From: Escherichia coli
Lineage (GTDB): Bacteria; Pseudomonadota; Gammaproteobacteria; Enterobacterales; Enterobacteriaceae
NCBI RefSeq assembly: GCF_003018255.1
Contig: NZ_CP027440.1
Direction: 5' to 3' (one strand)
DNA length: 64,000 bases
A program made the position numbers and the translations under genes. The notes under the pieces were generated by a model. The model had not been told where the DNA came from. It made no database searches and saw only the letters and a list, made by a program, of their open reading frames with translations. Of the stretch, positions 46,717-59,074 are shown in pieces; positions within the stretch are counted from its first letter, which is position 1; the number at the start of each line of letters is the position of its first letter.

Positions 46717-48285
46717 ATGTTAGATATAGTCGAACTGTCGCGCTTACAGTTTGCCTTGACCGCGATGTACCACTTCCTTTTTGTGCCACTGACGCTCGGT
46801 ATGGCGTTCCTGCTGGCCATTATGGAAACGGTCTACGTCCTTTCCGGCAAACAGATTTATAAAGATATGACCAAGTTCTGGGGCAAGTTGTTTGGTATCA
46901 ACTTCGCTCTGGGTGTGGCTACCGGTCTGACCATGGAGTTCCAGTTCGGGACTAACTGGTCTTACTATTCCCACTATGTAGGGGATATCTTCGGTGCGCC
47001 GCTGGCAATCGAAGGTCTGATGGCCTTCTTCCTCGAATCCACCTTTGTAGGTCTGTTCTTCTTCGGTTGGGATCGTCTGGGTAAAGTTCAGCATATGTGT
47101 GTCACCTGGCTGGTGGCGCTCGGTTCAAACCTGTCCGCACTGTGGATTCTGGTTGCGAACGGCTGGATGCAAAACCCAATCGCGTCCGATTTCAACTTTG
47201 AAACTATGCGTATGGAGATGGTGAGCTTCTCCGAGCTGGTGCTTAACCCGGTTGCTCAGGTGAAATTCGTTCACACTGTAGCGTCTGGTTATGTGACTGG
47301 CGCGATGTTCATCCTCGGTATCAGCGCATGGTATATGCTGAAAGGTCGTGACTTCGCCTTCGCTAAACGCTCTTTTGCTATCGCTGCCAGCTTCGGTATG
47401 GCTGCCGTTCTGTCTGTTATTGTTCTGGGTGATGAATCTGGTTACGAAATGGGCGACGTGCAGAAAACCAAACTGGCTGCTATTGAAGCCGAGTGGGAAA
47501 CGCAACCTGCGCCTGCTGCCTTTACTCTGTTCGGCATTCCTGATCAGGAAGAGGAGACGAACAAATTTGCGATCCAGATCCCTTACGCGCTGGGCATCAT
47601 TGCAACGCGTTCCGTGGATACTCCAGTTATCGGCCTGAAAGAACTGATGGTGCAGCATGAAGAACGCATTCGTAACGGGATGAAGGCGTACTCTCTGCTC
47701 GAGCAACTGCGTTCTGGTTCTACCGACCAGGCGGTTCGTGACCAGTTCAATAGCATGAAGAAAGACCTCGGTTACGGTCTGCTGCTGAAACGCTATACGC
47801 CAAACGTGGCTGATGCGACTGAAGCGCAGATTCAACAGGCAACCAAAGACTCCATTCCGCGTGTAGCGCCGCTGTACTTCGCGTTCCGTATCATGGTGGC
47901 GTGTGGCTTCCTGCTGCTGGCAATCATCGCGCTCTCTTTCTGGAGTGTCATCCGCAACCGCATTGGCGAGAAAAAATGGCTGCTGCGCGCCGCGCTGTAC
48001 GGTATTCCGCTGCCGTGGATTGCTGTAGAAGCGGGCTGGTTCGTGGCTGAATATGGTCGCCAACCGTGGGCTATCGGTGAAGTGCTGCCGACAGCTGTGG
48101 CGAACTCGTCACTGACCGCAGGCGATCTCATCTTCTCAATGGTGCTGATTTGCGGCCTGTATACCCTGTTCCTGGTGGCAGAATTGTTCTTAATGTTCAA
48201 ATTTGCACGCCTCGGCCCAAGCAGCCTGAAAACCGGTCGCTATCACTTTGAGCAGTCTTCCACGACTACTCAGCCGGCACGCTAA
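46717..48285 (+). CDS. cydA: Cytochrome bd-I ubiquinol oxidase subunit I (522 aa)
   Basis: [41 protein letters not shown]... Confidence 0.97.
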
Positions 48286-48300
48286 GACAGGAGTCGTCAA

Positions 48301-49440
48301 ATGATCGATTATGAAGTATTGCGTTTTATCTGGTGGCTGCTGGTTGGCGTTCTGCTGATTGGTTTTGCAGTCACTGACGGTTTCGACATGGGGGTGGGCA
48401 TGCTCACTCGTTTCCTCGGTCGTAACGACACCGAGCGTCGAATTATGATTAACTCCATTGCACCACACTGGGACGGTAACCAGGTATGGCTTATCACCGC
48501 GGGCGGCGCACTCTTTGCTGCCTGGCCGATGGTCTATGCCGCTGCGTTCTCCGGCTTCTATGTGGCGATGATCCTCGTGCTGGCGTCTTTGTTCTTCCGT
48601 CCGGTCGGTTTTGACTACCGCTCCAAGATTGAAGAAACCCGCTGGCGTAACATGTGGGACTGGGGCATCTTCATTGGTAGCTTCGTTCCGCCGTTGGTGA
48701 TTGGTGTAGCGTTCGGTAACCTGTTGCAGGGCGTACCGTTCAACGTTGATGAATATCTGCGTCTGTACTACACCGGTAACTTCTTCCACCTGCTTAATCC
48801 GTTCGGCCTGCTGGCAGGCGTGGTGAGCGTAGGGATGATCATTACTCAGGGCGCAACCTATCTGCAAATGCGTACCGTGGGCGAACTGCACCTGCGTACC
48901 CGTGCAACGGCTCAGGTGGCGGCACTGGTGACACTGGTCTGTTTCGCACTGGCTGGCGTATGGGTGATGTACGGTATCGATGGTTATGTCGTGAAATCGA
49001 CAATGGACCATTACGCAGCCTCTAACCCACTGAATAAAGAAGTGGTTCGTGAAGCTGGCGCATGGCTGGTTAACTTCAACAACACGCCAATTCTGTGGGC
49101 TATTCCGGCACTGGGTGTGGTTCTGCCGCTGCTGACCATCCTGACTGCACGTATGGATAAAGCGGCGTGGGCGTTTGTGTTCTCCTCCCTGACGCTGGCC
49201 TGCATCATCCTGACAGCCGGTATCGCAATGTTCCCGTTTGTGATGCCGTCCAGCACCATGATGAACGCAAGTCTGACAATGTGGGATGCAACTTCCAGCC
49301 AGCTGACGCTTAACGTCATGACCTGGGTTGCGGTGGTTCTGGTACCGATCATTCTGCTCTACACCGCCTGGTGTTACTGGAAAATGTTCGGTCGTATCAC
49401 CAAAGAAGATATTGAACGTAACACCCACTCTCTGTACTAA
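48301..49440 (+). CDS. cydB: Cytochrome bd-I ubiquinol oxidase subunit II (379 aa)
   Basis: MIDYEVLRFIWWLLVGVLLIGFAVTDGFDMGVGML... Confidence 0.97.
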   Translation: MIDYEVLRFIWWLLVGVLLIGFAVTDGFDMGVGMLTRFLGRNDTERRIMINSIAPHWDGNQVWLITAGGALFAAWPMVYAAAFSGFYVAMILVLASLFFRPVGFDYRSKIEETRWRNMWDWGIFIGSFVPPLVIGVAFGNLLQGVPFNVDEYLRLYYTGNFFHLLNPFGLLAGVVSVGMIITQGATYLQMRTVGELHLRTRATAQVAALVTLVCFALAGVWVMYGIDGYVVKSTMDHYAASNPLNKEVVREAGAWLVNFNNTPILWAIPALGVVLPLLTILTARMDKAAWAFVFSSLTLACIILTAGIAMFPFVMPSSTMMNASLTMWDATSSQLTLNVMTWVAVVLVPIILLYTAWCYWKMFGRITKEDIERNTHSLY

Positions 49441-49454
49441 GTAAGGAGCTAAAA

Positions 49455-49568
49455 ATGTGGTATTTCGCATGGATTCTGGGAACGCTTCTTGCCTGTTCGT
49501 TTGGGGTAATCACCGCGCTGGCGCTTGAGCACGTCGAATCAGGCAAAGCCGGTCAAGAAGACATCTGA
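49455..49568 (+). CDS. cydX: Cytochrome bd-I accessory small protein CydX (37 aa)
   Basis: MWYFAWILGTLLACSFGVITALALEHVESGKAGQEDI with AGGAG RBS; below the ORF-track length cut-off; stop overlaps ybgE start. Confidence 0.85.
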   Translation: MWYFAWILGTLLACSFGVITALALEHVESGKAGQEDI

Positions 49569-49861
49569 TGAGTAAGATTATCGCAACCTTGTATGCGGTA
49601 ATGGACAAGCGCCCCCTGCGGGCGCTTTCCTTCGTGATGGCGCTTCTGTTAGCAGGATGTATGTTTTGGGACCCATCACGTTTCGCCGCGAAGACCAGTG
49701 AACTGGAAATCTGGCATGGTTTATTGCTGATGTGGGCCGTCTGTGCTGGTGTGATTCACGGCGTGGGCTTTCGTCCGCAGAAGGTTCTTTGGCAAGGGAT
49801 TTTTTGCCCATTGCTTGCCGATATTGTTCTCATTGTCGGGCTGATTTTCTTCTTCTTTTAA
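49568..49861 (+). CDS. ybgE: Small membrane protein YbgE of the cyd operon (97 aa)
   Basis: MSKIIATLYAVMDKRPLRALSFVMALLLAGCMFWDP... Confidence 0.85.
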   Translation: MSKIIATLYAVMDKRPLRALSFVMALLLAGCMFWDPSRFAAKTSELEIWHGLLLMWAVCAGVIHGVGFRPQKVLWQGIFCPLLADIVLIVGLIFFFF

Positions 49862-50010
49862 ATCAGAATTCTCTTTAAAAAATTATGGGCCGCTCCAGGC
49901 CCATAAATTTTTACGCTCCCTTAACTTGCCCTCATTCCCAAACCTCAATCGCGCGCGTATAGTAGCAGCGTTTAAAAGCTCTAACTTTTGTTGCATTACC
50001 GGGATGTAAA

Positions 50011-51104
<1,094 letters not shown>

Positions 51105-51107
51105 GCC

Positions 51108-51536
51108 ATGGCCAGAGCGCGTGGACGAGGTCGTCGCGATCTCAAGTCCGAAATCAACATTGTACCGTTGCTGGACGTACTGCTGGTGCTGTTGCTGATC
51201 TTTATGGCGACAGCGCCCATCATCACCCAGAGCGTGGAGGTCGATCTGCCAGACGCTACTGAATCACAGGCGGTGAGCAGTAACGATAATCCGCCAGTGA
51301 TTGTTGAAGTGTCTGGTATTGGTCAGTACACCGTGGTGGTTGAGAAAGATCGCCTGGAGCGTTTACCACCAGAGCAGGTGGTGGCGGAAGTGTCCAGCCG
51401 TTTCAAGGCCAACCCGAAAACGGTCTTTCTGATCGGTGGCGCAAAAGATGTGCCTTACGATGAAATAATTAAAGCACTGAACTTGTTACATAGTGCGGGT
51501 GTGAAATCGGTTGGTTTAATGACGCAGCCTATCTAA
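51108..51536 (+). CDS. tolR: Tol-Pal system protein TolR (142 aa)
   Basis: MARARGRGRRDLKSEINIVPLLDVLLVLLLIFMATAPIITQSVEVDLP... Confidence 0.97.
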   Translation: MARARGRGRRDLKSEINIVPLLDVLLVLLLIFMATAPIITQSVEVDLPDATESQAVSSNDNPPVIVEVSGIGQYTVVVEKDRLERLPPEQVVAEVSSRFKANPKTVFLIGGAKDVPYDEIIKALNLLHSAGVKSVGLMTQPI

Positions 51537-51600
51537 ACATCTGCGTTTCCCTTGCTTGAAAGAGAGCGGGTAACAGGCGAACAGTTTTTGGAAACCGAGA

Positions 51601-52866
51601 GTGTCAAAGGCAACCGAACAAAACGACAAGCTCAAGCGGGCGATAATTATTTCAGCAGTGCTGCATGTCATCTTATTTGCGGCGCTGATCTGGAGTTCGT
51701 TCGATGAGAATATAGAAGCTTCAGCCGGAGGCGGCGGTGGTTCATCCATCGACGCTGTCATGGTTGATTCAGGTGCGGTAGTTGAGCAGTACAAACGCAT
51801 GCAAAGCCAGGAATCAAGCGCGAAGCGTTCTGATGAGCAGCGCAAGATGAAGGAACAGCAGGCTGCGGAAGAGCTGCGTGAGAAACAAGCGGCTGAACAG
51901 GAACGCCTGAAGCAACTTGAGAAAGAGCGGTTAGCTGCTCAGGAGCAGAAAAAGCAGGCTGAAGAAGCCGCAAAACAGGCCGAGTTAAAGCAGAAGCAAG
52001 CGGAAGAAGCGGCAGCGAAAGCGGCGGCAGATGCTAAAGCGAAGGCCGAAGCGGATGCTAAAGCTGCGGAAGAAGCTGCGAAGAAAGCGGCTGCAGACGC
52101 GAAGAAAAAAGCAGAAGCAGAAGCCGCCAAAGCCGCAGCCGAAGCGCAGAAAAAAGCCGAGGCAGCCGCGGCGGCACTGAAGAAGAAAGCGGAAGCGGCA
52201 GAAGCAGCTGCAGCTGAAGCAAGAAAGAAAGCGGCAACTGAAGCTGCTGAAAAAGCCAAAGCAGAAGCTGAGAAGAAAGCGGCTGCTGAAAAGGCTGCAG
52301 CTGATAAGAAAGCGGCAGCAGAGAAAGCTGCAGCCGACAAAAAAGCAGCAGAAAAAGCGGCTGCTGAAAAGGCAGCAGCTGATAAGAAAGCAGCGGCAGA
52401 AAAAGCCGCCGCAGACAAAAAAGCGGCAGCTGCAAAAGCAGCAGCTGAAAAAGCCGCTGCAGCAAAAGCTGCCGCAGAGGCAGATGATATTTTCGGTGAG
52501 CTAAGCTCTGGTAAGAATGCACCGAAAACGGGGGGAGGGGCGAAAGGGAACAATGCTTCGCCAGCCGGGAGTGGTAATACTAAAAACAATGGCGCATCAG
52601 GGGCCGATATCAATAACTATGCCGGGCAGATTAAATCTGCTATCGAAAGTAAGTTCTATGACGCATCGTCCTATGCAGGCAAAACCTGTACGCTGCGCAT
52701 AAAACTGGCTCCCGATGGTATGTTACTGGATATCAAACCTGAAGGTGGCGATCCCGCACTTTGTCAGGCTGCGTTGGCAGCAGCTAAACTTGCGAAGATC
52801 CCGAAACCACCAAGCCAGGCAGTATATGAAGTGTTCAAAAACGCGCCATTGGACTTCAAACCGTAA
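51601..52866 (+). CDS. tolA: Tol-Pal system protein TolA (421 aa), GTG start, Ala/Lys/Glu-rich central helical repeat domain
   Basis: V/MSKATEQNDKLKRAIIISAVLHVILFAALIWSSF...; long low-complexity (E/K/A)n region; conserved C-terminal domain. Confidence 0.95.
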   Translation: MSKATEQNDKLKRAIIISAVLHVILFAALIWSSFDENIEASAGGGGGSSIDAVMVDSGAVVEQYKRMQSQESSAKRSDEQRKMKEQQAAEELREKQAAEQERLKQLEKERLAAQEQKKQAEEAAKQAELKQKQAEEAAAKAAADAKAKAEADAKAAEEAAKKAAADAKKKAEAEAAKAAAEAQKKAEAAAAALKKKAEAAEAAAAEARKKAATEAAEKAKAEAEKKAAAEKAAADKKAAAEKAAADKKAAEKAAAEKAAADKKAAAEKAAADKKAAAAKAAAEKAAAAKAAAEADDIFGELSSGKNAPKTGGGAKGNNASPAGSGNTKNNGASGADINNYAGQIKSAIESKFYDASSYAGKTCTLRIKLAPDGMLLDIKPEGGDPALCQAALAAAKLAKIPKPPSQAVYEVFKNAPLDFKP

Positions 52867-52998
52867 TCGCGATGTTGACTGTTCCGACGGTCAACATCAG
52901 GCACCGGTTGCCACGGGGTTCTGGTAGTTTTGTGTATTTTAGTTTGTTAACATTCTGCTAAATTATCGTGGGCCATCGGTCCAGATAAGGGAGATATG

Positions 52999-54291
52999 AT
53001 GAAGCAGGCATTACGAGTAGCATTTGGTTTTCTCATACTGTGGGCATCAGTTCTGCATGCTGAAGTCCGCATTGTGATCGACAGCGGTGTAGATTCCGGT
53101 CGTCCTATTGGAGTTGTTCCTTTCCAGTGGGCGGGCCCTGGTGCGGCACCTGAAGATATTGGCGGCATCGTTGCTGCCGACTTGCGTAACAGCGGTAAAT
53201 TTAATCCGTTAGATCGCGCTCGTCTGCCACAGCAGCCGGGTAGTGCGCAGGAAGTACAACCAGCTGCATGGTCCGCGCTGGGTATTGACGCTGTAGTTGT
53301 CGGTCAGGTCACTCCGAATCCGGATGGTTCTTACAATGTTGCTTATCAACTTGTTGACACTGGCGGCGCACCGGGTACTGTACTTGCTCAGAACTCGTAC
53401 AAAGTGAACAAGCAGTGGCTGCGTTATGCTGGTCATACCGCCAGTGATGAAGTGTTTGAAAAACTGACCGGCATTAAAGGTGCGTTCCGTACCCGTATTG
53501 CCTACGTTGTTCAGACCAACGGCGGTCAGTTCCCGTATGAACTGCGCGTATCTGACTATGACGGTTACAACCAGTTTGTCGTTCACCGTTCACCGCAGCC
53601 GCTGATGTCTCCGGCGTGGTCACCAGACGGTTCTAAACTGGCTTATGTGACCTTCGAAAGCGGTCGTTCCGCGCTGGTCATCCAAACGCTGGCAAATGGC
53701 GCTGTACGTCAGGTGGCTTCATTCCCGCGTCACAACGGTGCACCTGCATTCTCGCCAGACGGCAGCAAACTGGCATTCGCCTTGTCGAAAACCGGTAGTC
53801 TGAACCTGTACGTAATGGATTTGGCTTCTGGTCAGATCCGCCAGGTGACGGATGGTCGCAGTAACAATACCGAACCGACCTGGTTCCCGGACAGCCAGAA
53901 CCTGGCATTTACTTCTGACCAGGCCGGTCGTCCACAGGTTTATAAAGTGAATATCAACGGCGGTGCGCCACAACGTATTACCTGGGAAGGTTCGCAGAAC
54001 CAGGATGCGGATGTCAGCAGCGACGGTAAATTTATGGTAATGGTCAGCTCCAATGGTGGGCAGCAGCACATTGCCAAACAAGATCTGGCAACGGGAGGCG
54101 TACAAGTTCTGTCGTCCACGTTCCTGGATGAAACGCCAAGTCTGGCACCTAACGGCACTATGGTAATCTACAGCTCTTCTCAGGGGATGGGATCCGTGCT
54201 GAATTTGGTTTCTACAGATGGGCGTTTCAAAGCGCGTCTTCCGGCAACTGATGGACAGGTCAAATTCCCTGCCTGGTCGCCGTATCTGTGA
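52999..54291 (+). CDS. tolB: Tol-Pal system periplasmic beta-propeller protein TolB (430 aa)
   Basis: [44 protein letters not shown]... Confidence 0.97.
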   Translation: MKQALRVAFGFLILWASVLHAEVRIVIDSGVDSGRPIGVVPFQWAGPGAAPEDIGGIVAADLRNSGKFNPLDRARLPQQPGSAQEVQPAAWSALGIDAVVVGQVTPNPDGSYNVAYQLVDTGGAPGTVLAQNSYKVNKQWLRYAGHTASDEVFEKLTGIKGAFRTRIAYVVQTNGGQFPYELRVSDYDGYNQFVVHRSPQPLMSPAWSPDGSKLAYVTFESGRSALVIQTLANGAVRQVASFPRHNGAPAFSPDGSKLAFALSKTGSLNLYVMDLASGQIRQVTDGRSNNTEPTWFPDSQNLAFTSDQAGRPQVYKVNINGGAPQRITWEGSQNQDADVSSDGKFMVMVSSNGGQQHIAKQDLATGGVQVLSSTFLDETPSLAPNGTMVIYSSSQGMGSVLNLVSTDGRFKARLPATDGQVKFPAWSPYL

Positions 54292-54301
54292 TAATAATTA
54301 A

Positions 54302-54847
<546 letters not shown>

Positions 54848-54856
54848 GAGAATTGC

Positions 54857-55648
54857 ATGAGCAGTAACTTCAGACATCAACTATTGAGTCTGTCGTTACT
54901 GGTTGGTATAGCGGCCCCCTGGGCCGCTTTTGCTCAGGCACCAATCAGTAGTGTCGGCTCAGGCTCGGTCGAAGACCGCGTCACTCAACTTGAGCGTATT
55001 TCAAATGCTCACAGCCAGCTTTTAACCCAACTCCAGCAACAACTCTCTGATAATCAATCCGATATTGATTCCCTGCGCGGTCAGATTCAGGAAAATCAGT
55101 ATCAACTGAATCAGGTCGTGGAGCGGCAAAAGCAGATCCTGTTGCAGATCGATAGCCTCAGCAGCGGTGGTGCAGCGGCGCAATCAACCAGCGGTGATCA
55201 AAGCGGTGCGGCGGCATCAACGACGCCGACAGCTGATGCTGGTACTGCGAATGCTGGCGCGCCGGTGAAAAGCGGCGATGCAAACACGGATTACAATGCA
55301 GCAATTGCGCTGGTGCAGGATAAATCCCGCCAGGATGAAGCAATAGTGGCATTTCAGAATTTCATCAAAAATTACCCTGATTCAACTTACCTGCCAAACG
55401 CCAATTATTGGCTGGGTCAGTTAAACTACAACAAGGGTAAAAAAGATGATGCGGCGTATTATTTTGCTTCGGTAGTGAAAAACTATCCGAAGTCACCGAA
55501 GGCTGCAGATGCGATGTTTAAAGTCGGCGTCATCATGCAGGACAAAGGTGACACCGCAAAAGCGAAAGCCGTATACCAGCAGGTTATCAGTAAATACCCT
55601 GGTACTGATGGCGCTAAACAGGCGCAAAAACGTCTGAACGCGATGTAA
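54857..55648 (+). CDS. cpoB: Cell division coordinator CpoB (YbgF), TPR protein (263 aa)
   Basis: MSSNFRHQLLSLSLLVGIAAPWAAFAQ signal peptide, coiled coil, TPR repeats. Confidence 0.95.
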   Translation: MSSNFRHQLLSLSLLVGIAAPWAAFAQAPISSVGSGSVEDRVTQLERISNAHSQLLTQLQQQLSDNQSDIDSLRGQIQENQYQLNQVVERQKQILLQIDSLSSGGAAAQSTSGDQSGAAASTTPTADAGTANAGAPVKSGDANTDYNAAIALVQDKSRQDEAIVAFQNFIKNYPDSTYLPNANYWLGQLNYNKGKKDDAAYYFASVVKNYPKSPKAADAMFKVGVIMQDKGDTAKAKAVYQQVISKYPGTDGAKQAQKRLNAM

Positions 55649-55812
55649 TGCATAACACACGACCAGAAGTCGCATTATTTCTGGTCGTGTCGTGCGAATC
55701 ATAAGCAGTTGAGTGATCTGCATCGAAATTTTTGTTGCGCTCAAGTCTGAAATCAGTAATATATGCCGCCGTTGCCACGGGATATCAAACAAACCGAAAG
55801 CAACGAAAAAGT

Positions 55813-55888
55813 GGGTCGTTAGCTCAGTTGGTAGAGCAGTTGACTTTTAATCAATTGGTCGCAGGTTCGAATCCTGCACGACCCACCA
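55813..55888 (+). tRNA. lysT: tRNA-Lys (anticodon UUU)
   Basis: GGGTCGTTAGCTCAGTTGGTAGAGCAGTTGACTTTTAATCAATTGGTCGCAGGTTCGAATCCTGCACGACCCACCA. Confidence 0.95.
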
Positions 55889-56023
55889 ATCGCTAAGGTG
55901 GAAGCGGTAGTAAAACGTGAAGGATAACGTTGCGTCAGCAACGGCCCGAAGGGCGAGACGAAGTCGAGTCATCCTGCACGACCCACCACTAACCTAGTTA
56001 GTTGTAGTATCCAGCGTAGTATC

Positions 56024-56099
56024 GGGTGATTAGCTCAGCTGGGAGAGCACCTCCCTTACAAGGAGGGGGTCGGCGGTTCGATCCCGTCATCACCCACCA
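56024..56099 (+). tRNA. valT: tRNA-Val (anticodon UAC)
   Basis: GGGTGATTAGCTCAGCTGGGAGAGCACCTCCCTTACAAGGAGGGGGTCGGCGGTTCGATCCCGTCATCACCCACCA. Confidence 0.95.
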
Positions 56100-56101
56100 C
56101 C

Positions 56102-56177
56102 GGGTCGTTAGCTCAGTTGGTAGAGCAGTTGACTTTTAATCAATTGGTCGCAGGTTCGAATCCTGCACGACCCACCA
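56102..56177 (+). tRNA. lysW: tRNA-Lys (UUU)
   Basis: Identical to the lysT sequence. Confidence 0.95.
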
Positions 56178-56228
56178 CTAATTACGGTGGGTTCGGTGGA
56201 AGTAGTTTGTAGTATTCAGCGCAGTATC

Positions 56229-56304
56229 GGGTGATTAGCTCAGCTGGGAGAGCACCTCCCTTACAAGGAGGGGGTCGGCGGTTCGATCCCGTCATCACCC
56301 ACCA
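56229..56304 (+). tRNA. valZ: tRNA-Val (UAC)
   Basis: Identical to the valT sequence. Confidence 0.95.
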
Positions 56305-56307
56305 CTC

Positions 56308-56383
56308 GGGTCGTTAGCTCAGTTGGTAGAGCAGTTGACTTTTAATCAATTGGTCGCAGGTTCGAATCCTGCACGACCCACCA
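56308..56383 (+). tRNA. lysY: tRNA-Lys (UUU)
   Basis: Identical to the lysT sequence. Confidence 0.95.
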
Positions 56384-56529
56384 GTTTTAACATCAAACTC
56401 AGATGTTAAGCGTGAAGGATAACGTTGCGCCAGCAACGGCCCGTAGGGCGAGCGAAGCGAGTCATCCTGCACGACCCACCAATTTTAAAGATTGGTTCCG
56501 AGTAGAAATCTTTCAGGTAACACCCGTAT

Positions 56530-56605
56530 GGGTCGTTAGCTCAGTTGGTAGAGCAGTTGACTTTTAATCAATTGGTCGCAGGTTCGAATCCTGCACGACC
56601 CACCA
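56530..56605 (+). tRNA. lysZ: tRNA-Lys (UUU)
   Basis: Identical to the lysT sequence. Confidence 0.95.
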
Positions 56606-56638
56606 TCCTGAATGATTAAAGCAGCATAATCCCGCAAG

Positions 56639-56714
56639 GGGTCGTTAGCTCAGTTGGTAGAGCAGTTGACTTTTAATCAATTGGTCGCAGGTTCGAATCC
56701 TGCACGACCCACCA
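56639..56714 (+). tRNA. lysQ: tRNA-Lys (UUU)
   Basis: Identical to the lysT sequence. Confidence 0.95.
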
Positions 56715-57063
56715 ATGTAAAAAAGCGCCCTAAAGGCGCTTTTTTGCTATCTGCGATACTCAAAGATTCGAACCTGCAGCAGGTTCGAGTTGAGCGCAGC
56801 GAAACAACGGAGCCGCTCGCGGCGACGGCCCGTAGGGCGAGCGAAGCGAGTTATCCTGCACGACCCACCAATGTAAAAAAGCGCCCTAAAGGCGCTTTTT
56901 TGCTATCTGCGATACTCAAAGATTCGAACCTGCAGCAGGTTCGAGTTGAGCGCAGCGAAATAACGGAGCCGCTCGCGGCGACGGCCCGTAGGGCGAGCGA
57001 AGCGAGTCATCCTGCACGACCCACCAATGTAAAAAAGCGCCCTAAAGGCGCTTTTTTGCTATT
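56715..57063 (+). repeat. Tandem direct repeat, 156-bp period, about 2.2 copies; each unit carries a terminator hairpin and a tRNA-Lys 3-prime-end fragment
   Basis: Units 56715-56870 and 56871-57026 differ at about 3 positions; a partial third copy (terminator part) follows at 57027-57063; each unit ends ...ATCCTGCACGACCCACCA. Confidence 0.9.
56719..56747 (+). terminator. Rho-independent terminator after lysQ (repeated at about 56875 and 57031)
   Basis: AAAAAAGCGCCC-TAAA-GGCGCTTTTTTG hairpin with T run. Confidence 0.85.
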
Positions 57064-57273
57064 CAGGCATCCTCAATTTCACTTTGTAACCTGATGACAT
57101 CTTCAGAGCTTACTTTGCAAGCAACTCTACGTCGGTGGAATTAGGCGTAATTCGAGTGACTTTTCCCCACCATTCGACTATCTTGTTTAGCATATAAAAC
57201 AAATTTCACCGATAACAGCGAATATTACGCTCATGTCGGTTTTAACGTTAAGCCTGTAAAACGAGATGGTAAG

Positions 57274-58317
57274 ATGAGCGTGATGTTTGATCCAGACACG
57301 GCGATTTATCCTTTTCCCCCGAAGCCGACGCCGTTAAGCATTGATGAAAAAGCGTATTACCGCGAGAAGATAAAACGTCTGCTAAAAGAACGTAATGCGG
57401 TGATGGTTGCCCACTACTATACCGATCCCGAAATTCAACAACTGGCAGAAGAAACCGGTGGCTGTATTTCTGATTCTCTGGAAATGGCGCGCTTCGGTGC
57501 AAAGCATCCCGCTTCTACGTTGTTAGTCGCTGGGGTGAGATTTATGGGAGAAACCGCCAAAATTCTCAGTCCGGAAAAAACAATTCTGATGCCGACACTT
57601 CAGGCTGAATGTTCACTGGATCTCGGCTGCTCTGTTGAAGAATTTAACGCATTTTGCGATGCCCATCCCGATCGTACTGTCGTCGTCTACGCCAACACTT
57701 CTGCTGCGGTAAAAGCGCGCGCAGATTGGGTGGTAACTTCAAGCATTGCCGTCGAACTTATTGATCATCTGGATAGTTTGGGTGAAAAAATCATCTGGGC
57801 ACCCGACAAACATCTGGGGCGTTACGTGCAAAAACAGACGGGCGCAGACATATTATGCTGGCAGGGTGCCTGCATTGTGCATGATGAGTTTAAGACTCAG
57901 GCGTTAACCCGCTTGCAAGAAGAATACCCGGATGCTGCCATACTGGTGCATCCAGAATCACCGCAAGCTATTGTAGAGATGGCGGATGCGGTCGGTTCCA
58001 CCAGTCAACTGATCGCTGCTGCGAAAACATTGCCACATCAGAGGCTTATTGTGGCAACCGATCGGGGTATTTTCTACAAAATGCAGCAGGCGGTGCCAGT
58101 TAAAGAGTTACTGGAAGCACCAACCGCAGGTGAGGGTGCAACCTGCCGCAGCTGCGCGCATTGTCCGTGGATGGCCATGAATGGCCTTCAGGCCATCGCA
58201 GAGGCATTAGAACAGGAAGGAAGCAATCACGAGGTTCATGTTGATGAAAGGCTGCGAGAGAGGGCGCTGGTGCCGCTCAATCGTATGCTGGATTTTGCGG
58301 CTACACTACGTGGATAA
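57274..58317 (+). CDS. nadA: Quinolinate synthase A (347 aa)
   Basis: [63 protein letters not shown]... Confidence 0.97.
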   Translation: MSVMFDPDTAIYPFPPKPTPLSIDEKAYYREKIKRLLKERNAVMVAHYYTDPEIQQLAEETGGCISDSLEMARFGAKHPASTLLVAGVRFMGETAKILSPEKTILMPTLQAECSLDLGCSVEEFNAFCDAHPDRTVVVYANTSAAVKARADWVVTSSIAVELIDHLDSLGEKIIWAPDKHLGRYVQKQTGADILCWQGACIVHDEFKTQALTRLQEEYPDAAILVHPESPQAIVEMADAVGSTSQLIAAAKTLPHQRLIVATDRGIFYKMQQAVPVKELLEAPTAGEGATCRSCAHCPWMAMNGLQAIAEALEQEGSNHEVHVDERLRERALVPLNRMLDFAATLRG

Positions 58318-58354
58318 CGAATAATAAGGCGTAACGTTACGCTTTGGGGGAAAG

Positions 58355-59074
58355 ATGGATTTTTTTAGTGTGCAGAATATCCTGGTACATATACCAATAG
58401 GTGCAGGCGGTTATGATCTCTCATGGATCGAAGCGGTAGGCACGATCGCCGGGTTGCTGTGTATTGGCCTTGCCAGTCTGGAGAAGATCAGCAACTACTT
58501 CTTTGGCCTGATCAACGTCACCTTGTTTGGCATTATTTTCTTTCAGATTCAGCTGTATGCCAGCCTGCTATTACAGATGTTTTTCTTTGCCGCGAATATT
58601 TACGGCTGGTATGCGTGGTCGCGACAAACCAGTCAGAACGAGGCGGAGTTGAAAATTCGCTGGTTGCCATTGCCGAAGGCGCTAAGCTGGTTGGCGGTTT
58701 GCGTTGTTTCGATTGGTCTGATGACGGTATTTATCAATCCGGTGTTTGCATTTTTGACCCGCGTGGCAGTCATGATCATGCAAGCATTAGGATTACAGGT
58801 TGCGATGCCTGAACTACAGCCGGACGCTTTCCCGTTCTGGGATTCATGCATGATGGTGTTATCTATCGTGGCAATGATTCTGATGACGCGTAAGTATGTG
58901 GAAAACTGGCTGTTGTGGGTGATTATTAACGTGATTAGCGTCGTTATTTTTGCACTTCAGGGCGTTTACGCCATGTCTCTGGAGTACATCATCCTGACCT
59001 TTATTGCCCTCAACGGCAGCCGGATGTGGATCAACAGCGCACGCGAAAGAGGTTCACGCGCGCTGTCCCATTAA
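58355..59074 (+). CDS. pnuC: Nicotinamide riboside transporter PnuC (239 aa)
   Basis: [51 protein letters not shown]... Confidence 0.95.
   Translation: MDFFSVQNILVHIPIGAGGYDLSWIEAVGTIAGLLCIGLASLEKISNYFFGLINVTLFGIIFFQIQLYASLLLQMFFFAANIYGWYAWSRQTSQNEAELKIRWLPLPKALSWLAVCVVSIGLMTVFINPVFAFLTRVAVMIMQALGLQVAMPELQPDAFPFWDSCMMVLSIVAMILMTRKYVENWLLWVIINVISVVIFALQGVYAMSLEYIILTFIALNGSRMWINSARERGSRALSH

Noticed and set aside
47125-49470. 312-aa and 426-aa minus-strand ORFs
   Set aside because: Antisense to cydA and cydB.
51939-52613. 224-aa and 154-aa minus-strand ORFs made of poly-Ala/Leu
   Set aside because: Antisense translation of the TolA Ala/Lys-rich repeat region; low complexity, no RBS; artifact.
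56654-57094. 146-aa plus-strand ORF with an internally repeated peptide
   Set aside because: It reads straight through tRNA lysQ and the 156-bp tandem repeat with terminators; the repeated peptide is just the tandem DNA repeat translated; not a gene.
55800-57100. Possible genomic island integrated at tRNA-Lys
   Set aside because: No integrase, att-flanked cargo or foreign genes follow the tRNAs; nadA lies directly downstream. Only short tRNA-fragment repeats are present.
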